From: a virus
DNA length: 64,000 nucleotides
IMG/VR virus record: IMGVR_UViG_3300020474_000993
Direction: 5' to 3' (one strand)
This document shows positions 47,234 to 56,752 of the stretch, piece by piece. The notes beneath the pieces were generated by a model. That model ran no database searches and was not told where the DNA came from. It saw only the letters and a list, made by a program, of their open reading frames with translations. The translations under genes were made by a program, and so were the position numbers. Each line of letters begins with the position of its first letter. Within the stretch, counting starts at the first letter, position 1.

Positions 47234-47573
47234 AGAGTTACGCGAAGAAGCGCAACCAGTAGAAAAACCTAGTAAGGAAAAAGCTACTGCTAACCATCCT
47301 GCTGAAGACGGCACGGAAGGTGATGTCAAGCCCCCAAAACAGGGAAGTTCGGATGACCCTAAACTCACACATATGTGTGCATTGAAGGTAGTCCATCCCA
47401 AATTCGGTGAGGGAAAACCGATAGTAGGTGAGCACGCTGAACCTAATAAAGAAGGGGAAATTGCTTGGTATCGGGTTATGTTTGAACATGGAGTGGAAAT
47501 GTGTGAAACTTATTCTCTTGACATTTTACAAGAGGGCGCACACGGCAATCATTCCAAGAAAAAAGGATATTAG
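47220..47573 (+). CDS. Putative prohead core / internal protein with capsid-targeting-like N-terminus
   Basis: MKTFKELREE N-terminus; VVHPKFGEG small beta-barrel-like motif. Confidence 0.5.
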   Translation: MKTFKELREEAQPVEKPSKEKATANHPAEDGTEGDVKPPKQGSSDDPKLTHMCALKVVHPKFGEGKPIVGEHAEPNKEGEIAWYRVMFEHGVEMCETYSLDILQEGAHGNHSKKKGY

Positions 47574-47583
47574 GAGAAACTAA

Positions 47584-47973
47584 ATGGCAGTCGTAGTCGA
47601 TGTTTTAAAACTTACTCAAGTACAAGGAGTATGTGCCGTTCGTGGGACAGCTGCGACAGGTACTATTGCTCTTGCAACCACTCTGAAAAAGAGTACGGAG
47701 ACTCAAAGTTCTCCTAAGGCAGATATAAAAGCCATTCATTGGACTTTATCTGCAAGTGCAAGTGCAAAGATACAAAGGAATAGTGATGTTCTCTATGAAT
47801 TAACAGAGAGCGGGTCACTAGATTTTTACGGATTCAATGACAATCACCAGAATGACCAAGATATAGAAGTCGTTATTGCTGGTGGTGCAGGCGGAACGGT
47901 AATAGTAGAGACTGCCAAGATAAGTGGATATGGTTCACAACAACACCAAGGTGCAGATGGAGACTTAGGATAA
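47584..47973 (+). CDS. Hypothetical head-region protein
   Basis: 129 aa, GGAGA SD, between portal and protease. Confidence 0.6.
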   Translation: MAVVVDVLKLTQVQGVCAVRGTAATGTIALATTLKKSTETQSSPKADIKAIHWTLSASASAKIQRNSDVLYELTESGSLDFYGFNDNHQNDQDIEVVIAGGAGGTVIVETAKISGYGSQQHQGADGDLG

Positions 47974-48626
47974 TGAAACTCATAACAGAAACAACAGAAG
48001 ATATTAAGTATCTAAAAGAAGAAAGTAACGGTAAGACAAATCTTTTTATTGAGGGAGTTTTCCTACAATCTGACCTTAAAAACAGGAACGGTAGAGTATA
48101 CCCACGCGAAATTATGCAAAGGGAAGTAGACCGTTATGTAAAAGAAAGCATCGACAAGAAAAGGGCAATGGGTGAATTAGGACACCCAGACGGCCCAACA
48201 ATCAATTTAGACCGTGTATCACATATGATAACTTCTTTGAGAGAAGACGGTTCCAATTATATTGGAAAAGCAAAAATTCTTGATACACCTATGGGAAACA
48301 TCGTAAAGAACCTTATTGACGAAGGTGCCTCCCTTGGTGTGAGTTCTAGGGGACTAGGAACTTTAAAAGAAAAGAATGGCATCAACGAGGTACAAGATGA
48401 CTTTGTACTATCAACCGCTGCTGATATAGTAGCAGACCCATCCGCTCCAGACGCCTTTGTAAGAGGTATCATGGAACACAAAGAGTGGGTAATGGTTGAA
48501 GGGGCTTGGATGGAACAGGACATAGACCTTGCAGTACGGAGAATTAAGAGAACTAATATCCGTGAACTGGAAGAAGCAAAGATGGAAGTGTTCAGTTCAT
48601 TCATGGATAAGTTATCAAAAATCTAA
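47973..48626 (+). CDS. gp21: Prohead protease
   Basis: MKLITE, KNRNGRVY, GELGHP, GVSSRGLG, DIVADPSAPDAFV. Confidence 0.97.
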   Translation: MKLITETTEDIKYLKEESNGKTNLFIEGVFLQSDLKNRNGRVYPREIMQREVDRYVKESIDKKRAMGELGHPDGPTINLDRVSHMITSLREDGSNYIGKAKILDTPMGNIVKNLIDEGASLGVSSRGLGTLKEKNGINEVQDDFVLSTAADIVADPSAPDAFVRGIMEHKEWVMVEGAWMEQDIDLAVRRIKRTNIRELEEAKMEVFSSFMDKLSKI

Positions 48627-48631
48627 AGATT

Positions 48632-48639
48632 TATAAATA
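48632..48639 (+). promoter_or_regulatory. Late promoter TATAAATA for gp22
   Basis: Exact consensus, intergenic. Confidence 0.85.
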
Positions 48640-48676
48640 AATACAGTATAACGCAAATCTCAAAGGAGAAATTAAC

Positions 48677-49915
48677 ATGGGCGTAGAAAGCAAAATAAGA
48701 GAAATGCTCGCAAAGGGTAAGGAAGTAGAATCCGCTCTTAACGAGGAGACTCAAGAACTGGATGAGGCAGGAGCAGCTGAAAATCTAAAACCAAACGCAA
48801 CTGGTGGTGATTCAAGTAATCCAACTCAAGGGAACTCAAACCCTAATCCAGAAATTCAAGACCTTAGTGGAACTGGAGACAAGCATGGTGGTTTAACATC
48901 TGCTATTGGCACCGCTTCCGCATCAAAAATCGGTGACGCACCAAGACCTGCTAATTCAGGCGCTGGTCAGGCACCAAACTATGACGGTGGTACAGATACC
49001 GCATCCGTAGTTGCTCAGAAATCTTCCGAAGGTATTCGTGAAGACGAAGAGATTGAAGACGAAATAATCGCTGAAGATGAAGTAGAAACTGAAGAAGAAG
49101 AAGTTGTTACTGAATCCGAAGTAGAGGAAGTAGAATCAGAAGAAGAGGAGGACACAGAGGTGTCAGAAGATCAAGAAGAAGAAACTCTGTTTGAAAACGA
49201 CATCAAAAACCTTTTCGCTGACGAGGAACACCTCTCAGAAGAATTTAAAGTAAAGGCTGCTGAATTATTTGAAACAGTAGTCACTGCAAGACTTGCTAAC
49301 GAAATGGAATCCATTCAGAAAGAACTTGAAGAACAATCCAATATGGAAAGAGAAACCTTCAAGGAAGAGATGGTTGGTAAAATTGACCAATATCTCAACT
49401 ATGTCGCTGAGAACTGGATGAAAGAAAACGAGCTTGCAATAGAGCGCGGTCTTAGGACTGAAATAACAGAAGACTTTATTAAGTCACTGAAGAATGTATT
49501 CGCAGAACACTACATTGAAGTACCACAAGACAAGTACGATGTATTGGGCGAAATGCAAGACGAAATTGAGTCGCTTAAAAAGAAACTCAATGAGTCAGTT
49601 GAGGCGCAGATTAATCTTACCACTGATAGGGAATCGCTAATGCGTTCCAAAGTTATCGGTGAGATAACTGAAGATTTAACATTAACAGAAAAAGAAAAAC
49701 TTACTTCTTTACTTGAAGATGTTGAATTCGGAAGCAAAGAGATGTTTGCAGAAAAAGTAACTGTTGTTAAAGAGAACTATTTCCCTAAACAAAAAGAGGT
49801 TCTTTCAGAAGAGTCAGATTCAAAACTGACTGATACTGTACCAGAATCTATGCTTGAAGAGGGTAGTGTAGTTAACAAGTACGCTCAAGCGATTTCCAGA
49901 CAACTTAAAAAATAA
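48677..49915 (+). CDS. gp22: Prohead core scaffold protein
   Basis: LSEEFKVKA..FE, YLNYVAENWMKENELAIERGL, EHYIEVP, KENYF. Confidence 0.95.
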   Translation: MGVESKIREMLAKGKEVESALNEETQELDEAGAAENLKPNATGGDSSNPTQGNSNPNPEIQDLSGTGDKHGGLTSAIGTASASKIGDAPRPANSGAGQAPNYDGGTDTASVVAQKSSEGIREDEEIEDEIIAEDEVETEEEEVVTESEVEEVESEEEEDTEVSEDQEEETLFENDIKNLFADEEHLSEEFKVKAAELFETVVTARLANEMESIQKELEEQSNMERETFKEEMVGKIDQYLNYVAENWMKENELAIERGLRTEITEDFIKSLKNVFAEHYIEVPQDKYDVLGEMQDEIESLKKKLNESVEAQINLTTDRESLMRSKVIGEITEDLTLTEKEKLTSLLEDVEFGSKEMFAEKVTVVKENYFPKQKEVLSEESDSKLTDTVPESMLEEGSVVNKYAQAISRQLKK

Positions 49916-49921
49916 GTTTAT

Positions 49922-49929
49922 TATAAATA
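49922..49929 (+). promoter_or_regulatory. Late promoter TATAAATA for gp23
   Basis: Exact consensus, intergenic. Confidence 0.85.
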
Positions 49930-49969
49930 CCAATAGGTAACAACCAAAGAAAGTAAATAGGAGACTACA

Positions 49970-51232
49970 ATGTATCTTTCAGAAGAAATCCAAAAAAAGT
50001 GGAGTCCAGTATTGGATCACCCCGACCTTGGCGAAATCAAGGACGGCTACCGTAAAGCGGTAACTGCTGTCATTCTTGAAAACCAAGAGAAGGCACTTGC
50101 CGAAGAGAAGAATATCACTGAGGCAGTCCACGCAAATAATATGTCAAGTGCAGTTGACACTTATGACCCCATCCTTATCTCATTAGTAAGACGAGCTCTT
50201 CCTAATTTGATGGCGTATGATGTCTGTGGTGTTCAACCAATGACAGGGCCAACTGGTCTTATCTTTGCCATGAAATCACATTATACTTCACAAACAGGAA
50301 CAGAAGCCCTGTTTAACGAAGCTGATACTGATTTCGCTGGTACAGGTACGCACGCTGGTTCAAACCCAGTTGACGGAACATATACAACTGGTACTGGTGT
50401 AACTAGAGACAACGCAGAGTTGTTTGGTGACACTGTAACTTTAAACCAAATGGCGTTCTCAATTGAGAAAACAACTGTAACCGCTAAGTCACGAGCTCTT
50501 AAAGCAGAATATACTGTGGAACTTGCTCAAGACCTTAAAGCTGTTCACGGTTTAGACGCTGAGTCAGAATTGTCAAACATTCTTTCTCAAGAAATTCTCG
50601 CTGAGATTAACCGAGAAGTAATTAGAACTATCTACAAAGTTTCCAAGACAGGTGCTGCTTCGACTGCATCCGCTGGTACTTTCGACCTTGATGTTGATTC
50701 AAATGGTCGTTGGTCTGTAGAAAGGTTCAAGGGTCTCTTGTTCAACATTGAACGAGATGCTAATGTTATTGCTCAAGATACTCGTAGAGGGAAAGGTAAC
50801 TTCATCATCTGTTCTTCAGATGTTGCCTCTGCATTATCAATGGCTGGTGTATTAGATTACACTCCTGCTCTTGATACTAATCTTAATGTTGATGACACAG
50901 GTAACACTTTTGCTGGTACTCTTAACGGACGCTACAAAGTGTATGTTGACCCTTATTCTGCTAACACTGGTGCTGCTAGTCAGTTCTATGTCTGTGGTTA
51001 TAAAGGAACTTCACCATATGACGCTGGTTTATTCTACTGTCCGTATGTACCTTTACAAATGGTTCGTGCGATTGACCCATCTACCTTCCAACCAAAAATT
51101 GGTTTCAAGACTAGGTATGGTATGATTGCTAACCCATTCGTAGTAGACGGTTCTGGTAACACAGATGGTGATACATTCACTGCTGACAGAAATCAGTACT
51201 ATAGGTCTGTAAAAGTTACTAACCTTATGTAA
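49970..51232 (+). CDS. gp23: Major capsid protein
   Basis: KWSPVL, GVQPMTGPTGLIFAM, SRALKAEYT.ELAQDLKAVHGLDAE, FQPKIGFKTRYG. Confidence 0.98.
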   Translation: MYLSEEIQKKWSPVLDHPDLGEIKDGYRKAVTAVILENQEKALAEEKNITEAVHANNMSSAVDTYDPILISLVRRALPNLMAYDVCGVQPMTGPTGLIFAMKSHYTSQTGTEALFNEADTDFAGTGTHAGSNPVDGTYTTGTGVTRDNAELFGDTVTLNQMAFSIEKTTVTAKSRALKAEYTVELAQDLKAVHGLDAESELSNILSQEILAEINREVIRTIYKVSKTGAASTASAGTFDLDVDSNGRWSVERFKGLLFNIERDANVIAQDTRRGKGNFIICSSDVASALSMAGVLDYTPALDTNLNVDDTGNTFAGTLNGRYKVYVDPYSANTGAASQFYVCGYKGTSPYDAGLFYCPYVPLQMVRAIDPSTFQPKIGFKTRYGMIANPFVVDGSGNTDGDTFTADRNQYYRSVKVTNLM

Positions 51233-51274
51233 CAATAAGAGTTGGGACAACCAACCTAAAAACAAAAGTTTTCG

Positions 51275-51301
51275 AGGGAGTCTTAGGACTCCCTTTTTTT
51301 T
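51275..51301 (+). terminator. Rho-independent terminator after gp23
   Basis: AGGGAGTC-TTAG-GACTCCCT stem-loop followed by a T run. Confidence 0.9.
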
Positions 51302-51305
51302 GGGC

Positions 51306-51334
51306 TTGACATTTGTTATAAATAGCAGTATAAT
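51306..51334 (+). promoter_or_regulatory. Perfect sigma70 promoter with embedded late promoter
   Basis: TTGACA 51306-51311, 17 nt spacer containing TATAAATA 51317-51324, TATAAT 51329-51334. Confidence 0.88.
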
Positions 51335-51358
51335 ATTAATCAATTTAGGTTTAGAACA

Positions 51359-51946
51359 ATGGCATATACAGTAAATCCATCGGTATCAGAAGGTAATTTT
51401 GCAGCCCAGTCGGGTTCAGAACTTGATTACCTACGCCCTAATGGATTTAAATTTCAAGTTCATAACATACCAAATGTGTCTTTCTTTTGTCAAGGTGCAA
51501 ACATTCCCGATATGACTATCGGGTTCCCTGTACAAACTACACCGTTACAGGACATACCATTTCCCGGCGACAAACTCACTTTTGGTGACCTAAATATAAG
51601 ATTCCTAATACAAGAAAATATGACAAACTATATCGAATTGTATAACTGGTTGGTTGGATTAGGATTCCCAGAAAAACATTCGCAGTTTACAGACTTTGTT
51701 AAATCACAAGGTTGGAGAACTGGTGGTCAAAAACCTGCTAAGCAGGAGTCTATTGGTCAAGTCAGTGATGCAAGTTTGTTTGTCTTGGATTCTAATAACA
51801 ACCCTAACATGGAAATTTTATTTAGAGATGCTTTCCCAATCGCATTGAGTGGGTTAGACTTTGATATATCTGGTGGTGATTCACCTTACTTCACAGGACT
51901 GGCATCTTTCAAATATAGGATATTTAATATTAAATCTGTAACTTAA
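51359..51946 (+). CDS. gp3: Tail tube terminator / completion protein
   Basis: FFCQGANIP, PGDKLTFGDL..RF, NY.ELYNW, SDASL, AFPIALSG. Confidence 0.92.
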   Translation: MAYTVNPSVSEGNFAAQSGSELDYLRPNGFKFQVHNIPNVSFFCQGANIPDMTIGFPVQTTPLQDIPFPGDKLTFGDLNIRFLIQENMTNYIELYNWLVGLGFPEKHSQFTDFVKSQGWRTGGQKPAKQESIGQVSDASLFVLDSNNNPNMEILFRDAFPIALSGLDFDISGGDSPYFTGLASFKYRIFNIKSVT

Positions 51947-51962
51947 CACCCAAGGATATATT

Positions 51963-52406
51963 ATGGCTACATTGAATGAACTTCAAGATATGTGGGCTGA
52001 AGATTCAAAAATTGACGAACTAGATCTTGGTTCTGAATCTACCAACACACCAAATCTTCACGCGAAGTATGTGACACATCTCGCTAACTTTAAACTACAA
52101 CAAAGAAAAGCACAGGCGGACTTGGCTAGACTCGAAAGAGTTAAGTCAGAATACTTTCGTGGTGAACTATCTAAAGAGGAACTTGACCAGTTAGGATGGG
52201 AACCTTGGTATAAAAACTCTGTTCTTAAATCTGATATGCGTTCAGTGTTGGACGGTGATGCCGATGTTATCAAACAACAAGATAAAATTTGGTACTTAGA
52301 AACAACTGTAGATTTTTTAGATAGGGTATTGCGTAGTTTGAATTCAAGGACATGGGACATAAAAAATGCTGTTGAATGGAATAAAACACAATCTGGCTTA
52401 TTGTAA
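51963..52406 (+). CDS. uvsY: Recombination mediator
   Basis: W.EDSKID, LHAKY, RTWDIKNAVEW. Confidence 0.92.
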   Translation: MATLNELQDMWAEDSKIDELDLGSESTNTPNLHAKYVTHLANFKLQQRKAQADLARLERVKSEYFRGELSKEELDQLGWEPWYKNSVLKSDMRSVLDGDADVIKQQDKIWYLETTVDFLDRVLRSLNSRTWDIKNAVEWNKTQSGLL

Positions 52407-53891
52407 ATGATTTTTGTCAAACAAAAAGACCATGTGCATATGCATGTGGAAGCCTCTGACGAAGGCATAACAAAAGAGATATCAGACTTCTTTACCTTTG
52501 AAGTGCCTGGCGCTTCCTTCATGCCGTCATATAGAAACCGTCATTGGGACGGTAAGATTAGACTGTATAATTATACTAAGAGAGAACTATATGTTGGTCT
52601 TTTACCCTACCTATTAGAATTTGCAAAACAACTTGAATATGAAGTCAAGTTAGAGATGGGTGAGATTGGTGAAGAGATGTCAAAAGAAGAGGTTAGAGAG
52701 TTCGCCACAAGATTAAAACTTCACAGTGATAGAAAACCTATACAGATAAGAGACTATCAAGAAGACGCTGTATTCGATGCAGTCAACGGTGGGAGAACTC
52801 TTTTACTTTCACCTACCGCTAGTGGTAAATCCCTCATAATATACAATCTGGCGCGATATCATCACGCCTTAGGACGAAAACAACTTATTGTAGTCCCTAC
52901 TACCAGTTTGGTAGAACAAATGTACGGAGACTTTGCTGATTACTCCACACACAATGGTTTTAATGTGTCGAAGTATTGTCATAGGATATACGGTGGTAAA
53001 GAGAAATCAAACAAAGCTGACATAGTTATATCTACATGGCAATCTATCTACAAGTATCCAAAGAAATGGTTTGAAGAATTTGATGTGGTGTATGGTGATG
53101 AGGCACATCTATTTAAAGCAAAGTCTCTAATGACTCTCATGGACAAATGCACCAACGCCAGATTTAGAATAGGAACTACTGGTACACTGGATGGTACAAA
53201 AACACACAGACTAGTCCTTGAAGGTGTGTTTGGTAAAGTGTATAAGGTTACCACCACAAAGAAACTCATGGATAAAAAAGAACTCGCGGAGTTAAAGATA
53301 ATCTGTATGTTGATAGAGTATACAGACGAAGAAAGAAAGTTAGTATCAAAGATGCCATATAAAGAAGAGATGGATTTTCTGGTAGGTCACGCTGGCAGGA
53401 ACGATATTATTAGTAAATTAACAATAACGCAGAAGGGTAACACCCTGTTACTTTATCAGTTCGTAGAAAAACATGGCCAGGTTTTATATGATAAAATAAC
53501 TAAGATGACAGACCGCCCTGTCCATTTTGTATTTGGTGGCACAGAGACAGAACAGAGAGAAAAAATTAGAGCACTGACAGAAAAGTCTGACAACACAATC
53601 ATCATTGCCAGTTACGGAACCTTTTCTACAGGTATAAATATTAGAAACCTTAATAATATTGTATTCGCCTCGCCTAGTAAAAGTAGAATCAGAAATCTAC
53701 AGTCAATCGGTAGAGGGCTTCGCAAGAGTGAGATAAAAACAAAGTGTAATTTGTTTGATATTGGAGATGACCTTTCTTGGAGAGAACGAAAAAATTATAC
53801 ACTTAATCATTTACTGGAAAGAATCAAAATGTATAATGAAGAGGCTTTTGATTACAAGGTTGTAAAGATAGATTCAAAAGGAAAGATATGA
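52407..53891 (+). CDS. uvsW: SF2 RNA-DNA/DNA helicase
   Basis: WDGKIRL, RDYQ, SPTASGKS, DEAH, GTTGT, ASYGTFSTGINI, QSIGRGLR. Confidence 0.97.
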   Translation: MIFVKQKDHVHMHVEASDEGITKEISDFFTFEVPGASFMPSYRNRHWDGKIRLYNYTKRELYVGLLPYLLEFAKQLEYEVKLEMGEIGEEMSKEEVREFATRLKLHSDRKPIQIRDYQEDAVFDAVNGGRTLLLSPTASGKSLIIYNLARYHHALGRKQLIVVPTTSLVEQMYGDFADYSTHNGFNVSKYCHRIYGGKEKSNKADIVISTWQSIYKYPKKWFEEFDVVYGDEAHLFKAKSLMTLMDKCTNARFRIGTTGTLDGTKTHRLVLEGVFGKVYKVTTTKKLMDKKELAELKIICMLIEYTDEERKLVSKMPYKEEMDFLVGHAGRNDIISKLTITQKGNTLLLYQFVEKHGQVLYDKITKMTDRPVHFVFGGTETEQREKIRALTEKSDNTIIIASYGTFSTGINIRNLNNIVFASPSKSRIRNLQSIGRGLRKSEIKTKCNLFDIGDDLSWRERKNYTLNHLLERIKMYNEEAFDYKVVKIDSKGKI

Positions 53892-54307
53892 CAAACGAAC
53901 CGAAAATAATTTGTTTTGATAGTGGATTACAGATAGTAGCAGAGGTAGAAGAAGCGGAAACGCTAGACGCGATTGGTGTTATTAAAGTTCACTATCCAAT
54001 GGAAATTCTAAGAGTACCAATGTCGATGACCCACGAAGCATATTCCATAAGACCGTGGATGTCATTCTCAAGTGCTACTGTATTTGAAGTAAATAAAAAT
54101 AATGTGGTTGCCATGGCGCCACTCGGTGAGGGGTATTATGAAGGATACGAAAATTTAAAAAATGGATATTTTAATAAACCGATGGGTCTCCCATCTTCAG
54201 ATTTTGAGGAGTACTACGAAGAAAACGAAGAACCCCCAATGGATGAAGACACCTTAAAGGAAATGATAGACGAGGTATTGGGAAAAAAGAAAAGGATATT
54301 ACATTAG
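53888..54307 (+). CDS. Hypothetical protein (Sm-like fold likely) after uvsW
   Basis: beta-rich N-half with PWM motif, acidic tail ending ILH; usual position before gp55. Confidence 0.55.
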   Translation: MTNEPKIICFDSGLQIVAEVEEAETLDAIGVIKVHYPMEILRVPMSMTHEAYSIRPWMSFSSATVFEVNKNNVVAMAPLGEGYYEGYENLKNGYFNKPMGLPSSDFEEYYEENEEPPMDEDTLKEMIDEVLGKKKRILH

Positions 54308-54333
54308 CTATAACTATCCTTAAACGACAACTT

Positions 54334-54363
54334 ATTATACAGGATATCTAAAGCAGTTGTCAA
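54334..54363 (-). promoter_or_regulatory. Leftward (antisense) sigma70-like promoter
   Basis: Minus strand TTGACA (54363-54358), 18 nt spacer, TATAAT (54339-54334). Confidence 0.65.
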
Positions 54364-54396
54364 GTAGTTTTTTAATTATTTTTTATTAATTAATGC

Positions 54397-54425
54397 TTGA
54401 CTTTTGATTAACATTACTATACAAT
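54397..54425 (+). promoter_or_regulatory. sigma70 promoter for gp55
   Basis: TTGACT-17-TACAAT with AT-rich upstream tract. Confidence 0.8.
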
Positions 54426-54435
54426 GGGTAACATT

Positions 54436-55041
54436 ATGACTAAGAAATCAGAAACAAATCGACATTATGTCAATAACAAGGAATTTTTGGCGGCGATGAC
54501 TGCATACCGCGAGTCGGTATTGGAAGCTGCGGAAAAGGGTAAACCTAAACCTCGCGTAACAGAATACATAGGCGAGTGCATGGTTAAGATTGCCAATCAC
54601 TTGGCATACAAATCAAATTTTGTCAACTATACTTTCAGAGAAGAAATGATTCTTGATGGTATAGAAAATTGTATTACATACATTGACAACTTCAATCCAG
54701 AGAAATCCAAGAATCCATTTGCATACTTTACGCAGATTACATACTATGCTTTTCTGAGAAGGATTCAAAAGGAAAAGAAACAACTTGACACTAAGTACAA
54801 GTATATTCAGAATCTTGACTTACAATCCATCCTAGATGGTGAAGAAGGACAGGGTGGTTCTGCTGAATTTGTGGAGTATATGAGGAAACAAATAGATGAC
54901 TCAGAGAAACATAAAGCTCAATACGCAGAACAAGATAAAAAGGTTCCCAAGAGGAGACCTAAGTATCTGGATGACAAGGCAGCTTTAGAGATGGCAAAAG
55001 AGAAAATACCCCAGTTGAAAGAAACTGAAAAAAGTTCTTGA
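54436..55041 (+). CDS. gp55: Late-transcription sigma factor
   Basis: HYVNNKEF, IGEC.VKIA, NFVNY..EEMI.DGIENC, NPFAYFTQI.YYAFLRRIQKEKKQ. Confidence 0.97.
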   Translation: MTKKSETNRHYVNNKEFLAAMTAYRESVLEAAEKGKPKPRVTEYIGECMVKIANHLAYKSNFVNYTFREEMILDGIENCITYIDNFNPEKSKNPFAYFTQITYYAFLRRIQKEKKQLDTKYKYIQNLDLQSILDGEEGQGGSAEFVEYMRKQIDDSEKHKAQYAEQDKKVPKRRPKYLDDKAALEMAKEKIPQLKETEKSS

Positions 55042-55066
55042 CTTCTGCCCTAAAACCATGTATACT
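55038..55066 (+). promoter_or_regulatory. sigma70 promoter for the DenV-like to gp47/46 operon
   Basis: TTGACT-17-TATACT. Confidence 0.8.
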
Positions 55067-55103
55067 GTGGTTTATATAAAGTTTAATTGGAGTTTTCTTT
55101 ATT

Positions 55104-55643
55104 ATGAATATATTTTATTTACATAAAACCCCTACCATATCAGTAAAAATGCATTGCGACAAACATGTCGTAAAGATGGTTATTGAGTATGCTCAGTTAT
55201 TATCTACTGCCCACAGAATGTTGGATGGTACACAATGGACTGATGCATCTAGTGGTAGGAGAATCAAACGGTGGCGACTAGACAATTCCAACATGGATGG
55301 TGTCTTGTACAAAGCGTCACATATCAATCACCCATCTGCCATATGGGTTCGTGAAAATCAGAAACAATATCAATACATGTATAACATGTTTGTTAACCTA
55401 TGTGACGAATACACATACAGGTATGGTAAGATACACATGACTGATTCCAAATTGCGTGACCTATTGTCTGAGTCACCAAGTAACATGGCACAGGGGTTGT
55501 TTCGAGAACCACCACAGTGTATGCCAGATTACTGTAAACAGTCCAACGCTCTTGATGGATACAGAACCTATTACAGAGAAGAGAAGAAGGGATTCGCTAA
55601 GTGGACTAAACGCGAAGTACCAGAGTTTATGAATGTCGCATGA
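55104..55643 (+). CDS. Pyrimidine-dimer DNA glycosylase / DenV-like protein
   Basis: MNIFYL, HCDKHVVKM..EYAQLLSTAH, HINHPSAIW, EYTYRYGKIH, PQCMP. Confidence 0.8.
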   Translation: MNIFYLHKTPTISVKMHCDKHVVKMVIEYAQLLSTAHRMLDGTQWTDASSGRRIKRWRLDNSNMDGVLYKASHINHPSAIWVRENQKQYQYMYNMFVNLCDEYTYRYGKIHMTDSKLRDLLSESPSNMAQGLFREPPQCMPDYCKQSNALDGYRTYYREEKKGFAKWTKREVPEFMNVA

Positions 55644-56752
55644 TTTTATCCAAAGAAGATACCATATATGCAAGTAAAATAGTCGTAGATTACTTCTCAA
55701 AGTTTGAGAGGATTGACGATTACTTTCGTGCAAGAAAAATTGAAAGGGTGAAGGCTTTGCCTCCACCTCTTTTTGGTATGAGCGTAGAGGATGATATGTT
55801 TCAGAGTTGGGACATGCATCCAGAAGAAATGAATTTTGAAGTTGTTCAAATGAACAATGAGGTGTTTGACCAGATGTTAGAGATGACTGCATCTTTTTCA
55901 CCAGACCAAGCGCCAGGCAAAGAATTAAAACTGATTGTGAAGGAAACGAATACAAACACAGCAGTTGGTTTTATCAAGTTGGGTTCCCCTTTAATAAACT
56001 CCAAACCAAGGAATGATTTCCTTGGAGGGGTTCCCGACTTGCCTATCTTTAACAAGAGGGCAATCATGGGGTTTAATATAGTTCCAGTACAACCATTTGG
56101 ATTTAATTATCTAGGTGGTAAGTTACTGGCTGCAATTTGTTGTTCGCATGAAGTACGAAGGATGTTGAACAAGAAATATAATACAGAGTTCTGTTTGTTT
56201 GAGACTACATCTTTATATGGTAACATCAAGGGTGCTAGTATGTACGATGGTATGAAACCTTTTCTAAGATACAAGGGTGATACTATGTCATCGTTCTTAT
56301 TGACTATGGGTGAGGAAATTTACTTTCACCTACGCGATTGGTTTGAAGAGAAGAATGGTGGCGAAGTTCTTATTAAAAAAGATGCTTCCAGTAGAAAACT
56401 AAAATACCAAACAAAGATGATACAAGTTCTCAAGGCAAACTTAAAGGAACATGACACAAAAGCATTTGAAATGTTTGACGGTGTAATCAAGAAGTCAACC
56501 GATGTGACTACACAAAAAAGATTCTATATGTCAGAGTATGGTTATTCAAATACAAAAGATGTTCTTCTAGGTAAAACAGAACAGTTAGAAAAAGCAGAAA
56601 ACTTTGACAGGTTTGAACTAGAAAATGTTATTGATTGGTGGAGAAAGAAAGCCGTCAAAAGATATAGCAACTTGGTATCCGATGGAAGAATACGAAAGGA
56701 TTTGGAAGTCTGGAATTCTGAAACAATTAACAAAATAGATATAATAAGATGA
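55640..56752 (+). CDS. DUF4338 / DruA-like (GNAT-related) protein
   Basis: VPVQPFGFNYLGGKLLA..CCSHEVR, FETTSLYG..SMYDG. Confidence 0.7.
   Translation: MILSKEDTIYASKIVVDYFSKFERIDDYFRARKIERVKALPPPLFGMSVEDDMFQSWDMHPEEMNFEVVQMNNEVFDQMLEMTASFSPDQAPGKELKLIVKETNTNTAVGFIKLGSPLINSKPRNDFLGGVPDLPIFNKRAIMGFNIVPVQPFGFNYLGGKLLAAICCSHEVRRMLNKKYNTEFCLFETTSLYGNIKGASMYDGMKPFLRYKGDTMSSFLLTMGEEIYFHLRDWFEEKNGGEVLIKKDASSRKLKYQTKMIQVLKANLKEHDTKAFEMFDGVIKKSTDVTTQKRFYMSEYGYSNTKDVLLGKTEQLEKAENFDRFELENVIDWWRKKAVKRYSNLVSDGRIRKDLEVWNSETINKIDIIR

Noticed and set aside
53633-53640. TATAAATA inside uvsW (others inside gp4 at 4125 and in gp8)
   Set aside because: Falls in coding sequence (GINI motif of UvsW); an AT-rich 8-mer is expected by chance, so promoter function is unsupported
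1837-54435. Track start codons for ORFs at 1905, 7534, 30636, 31932, 32878, 36054, 46937, 54424
   Set aside because: They extend into neighbouring genes or promoters; downstream ATGs with SD or stop-start overlap and family-typical N-termini were preferred
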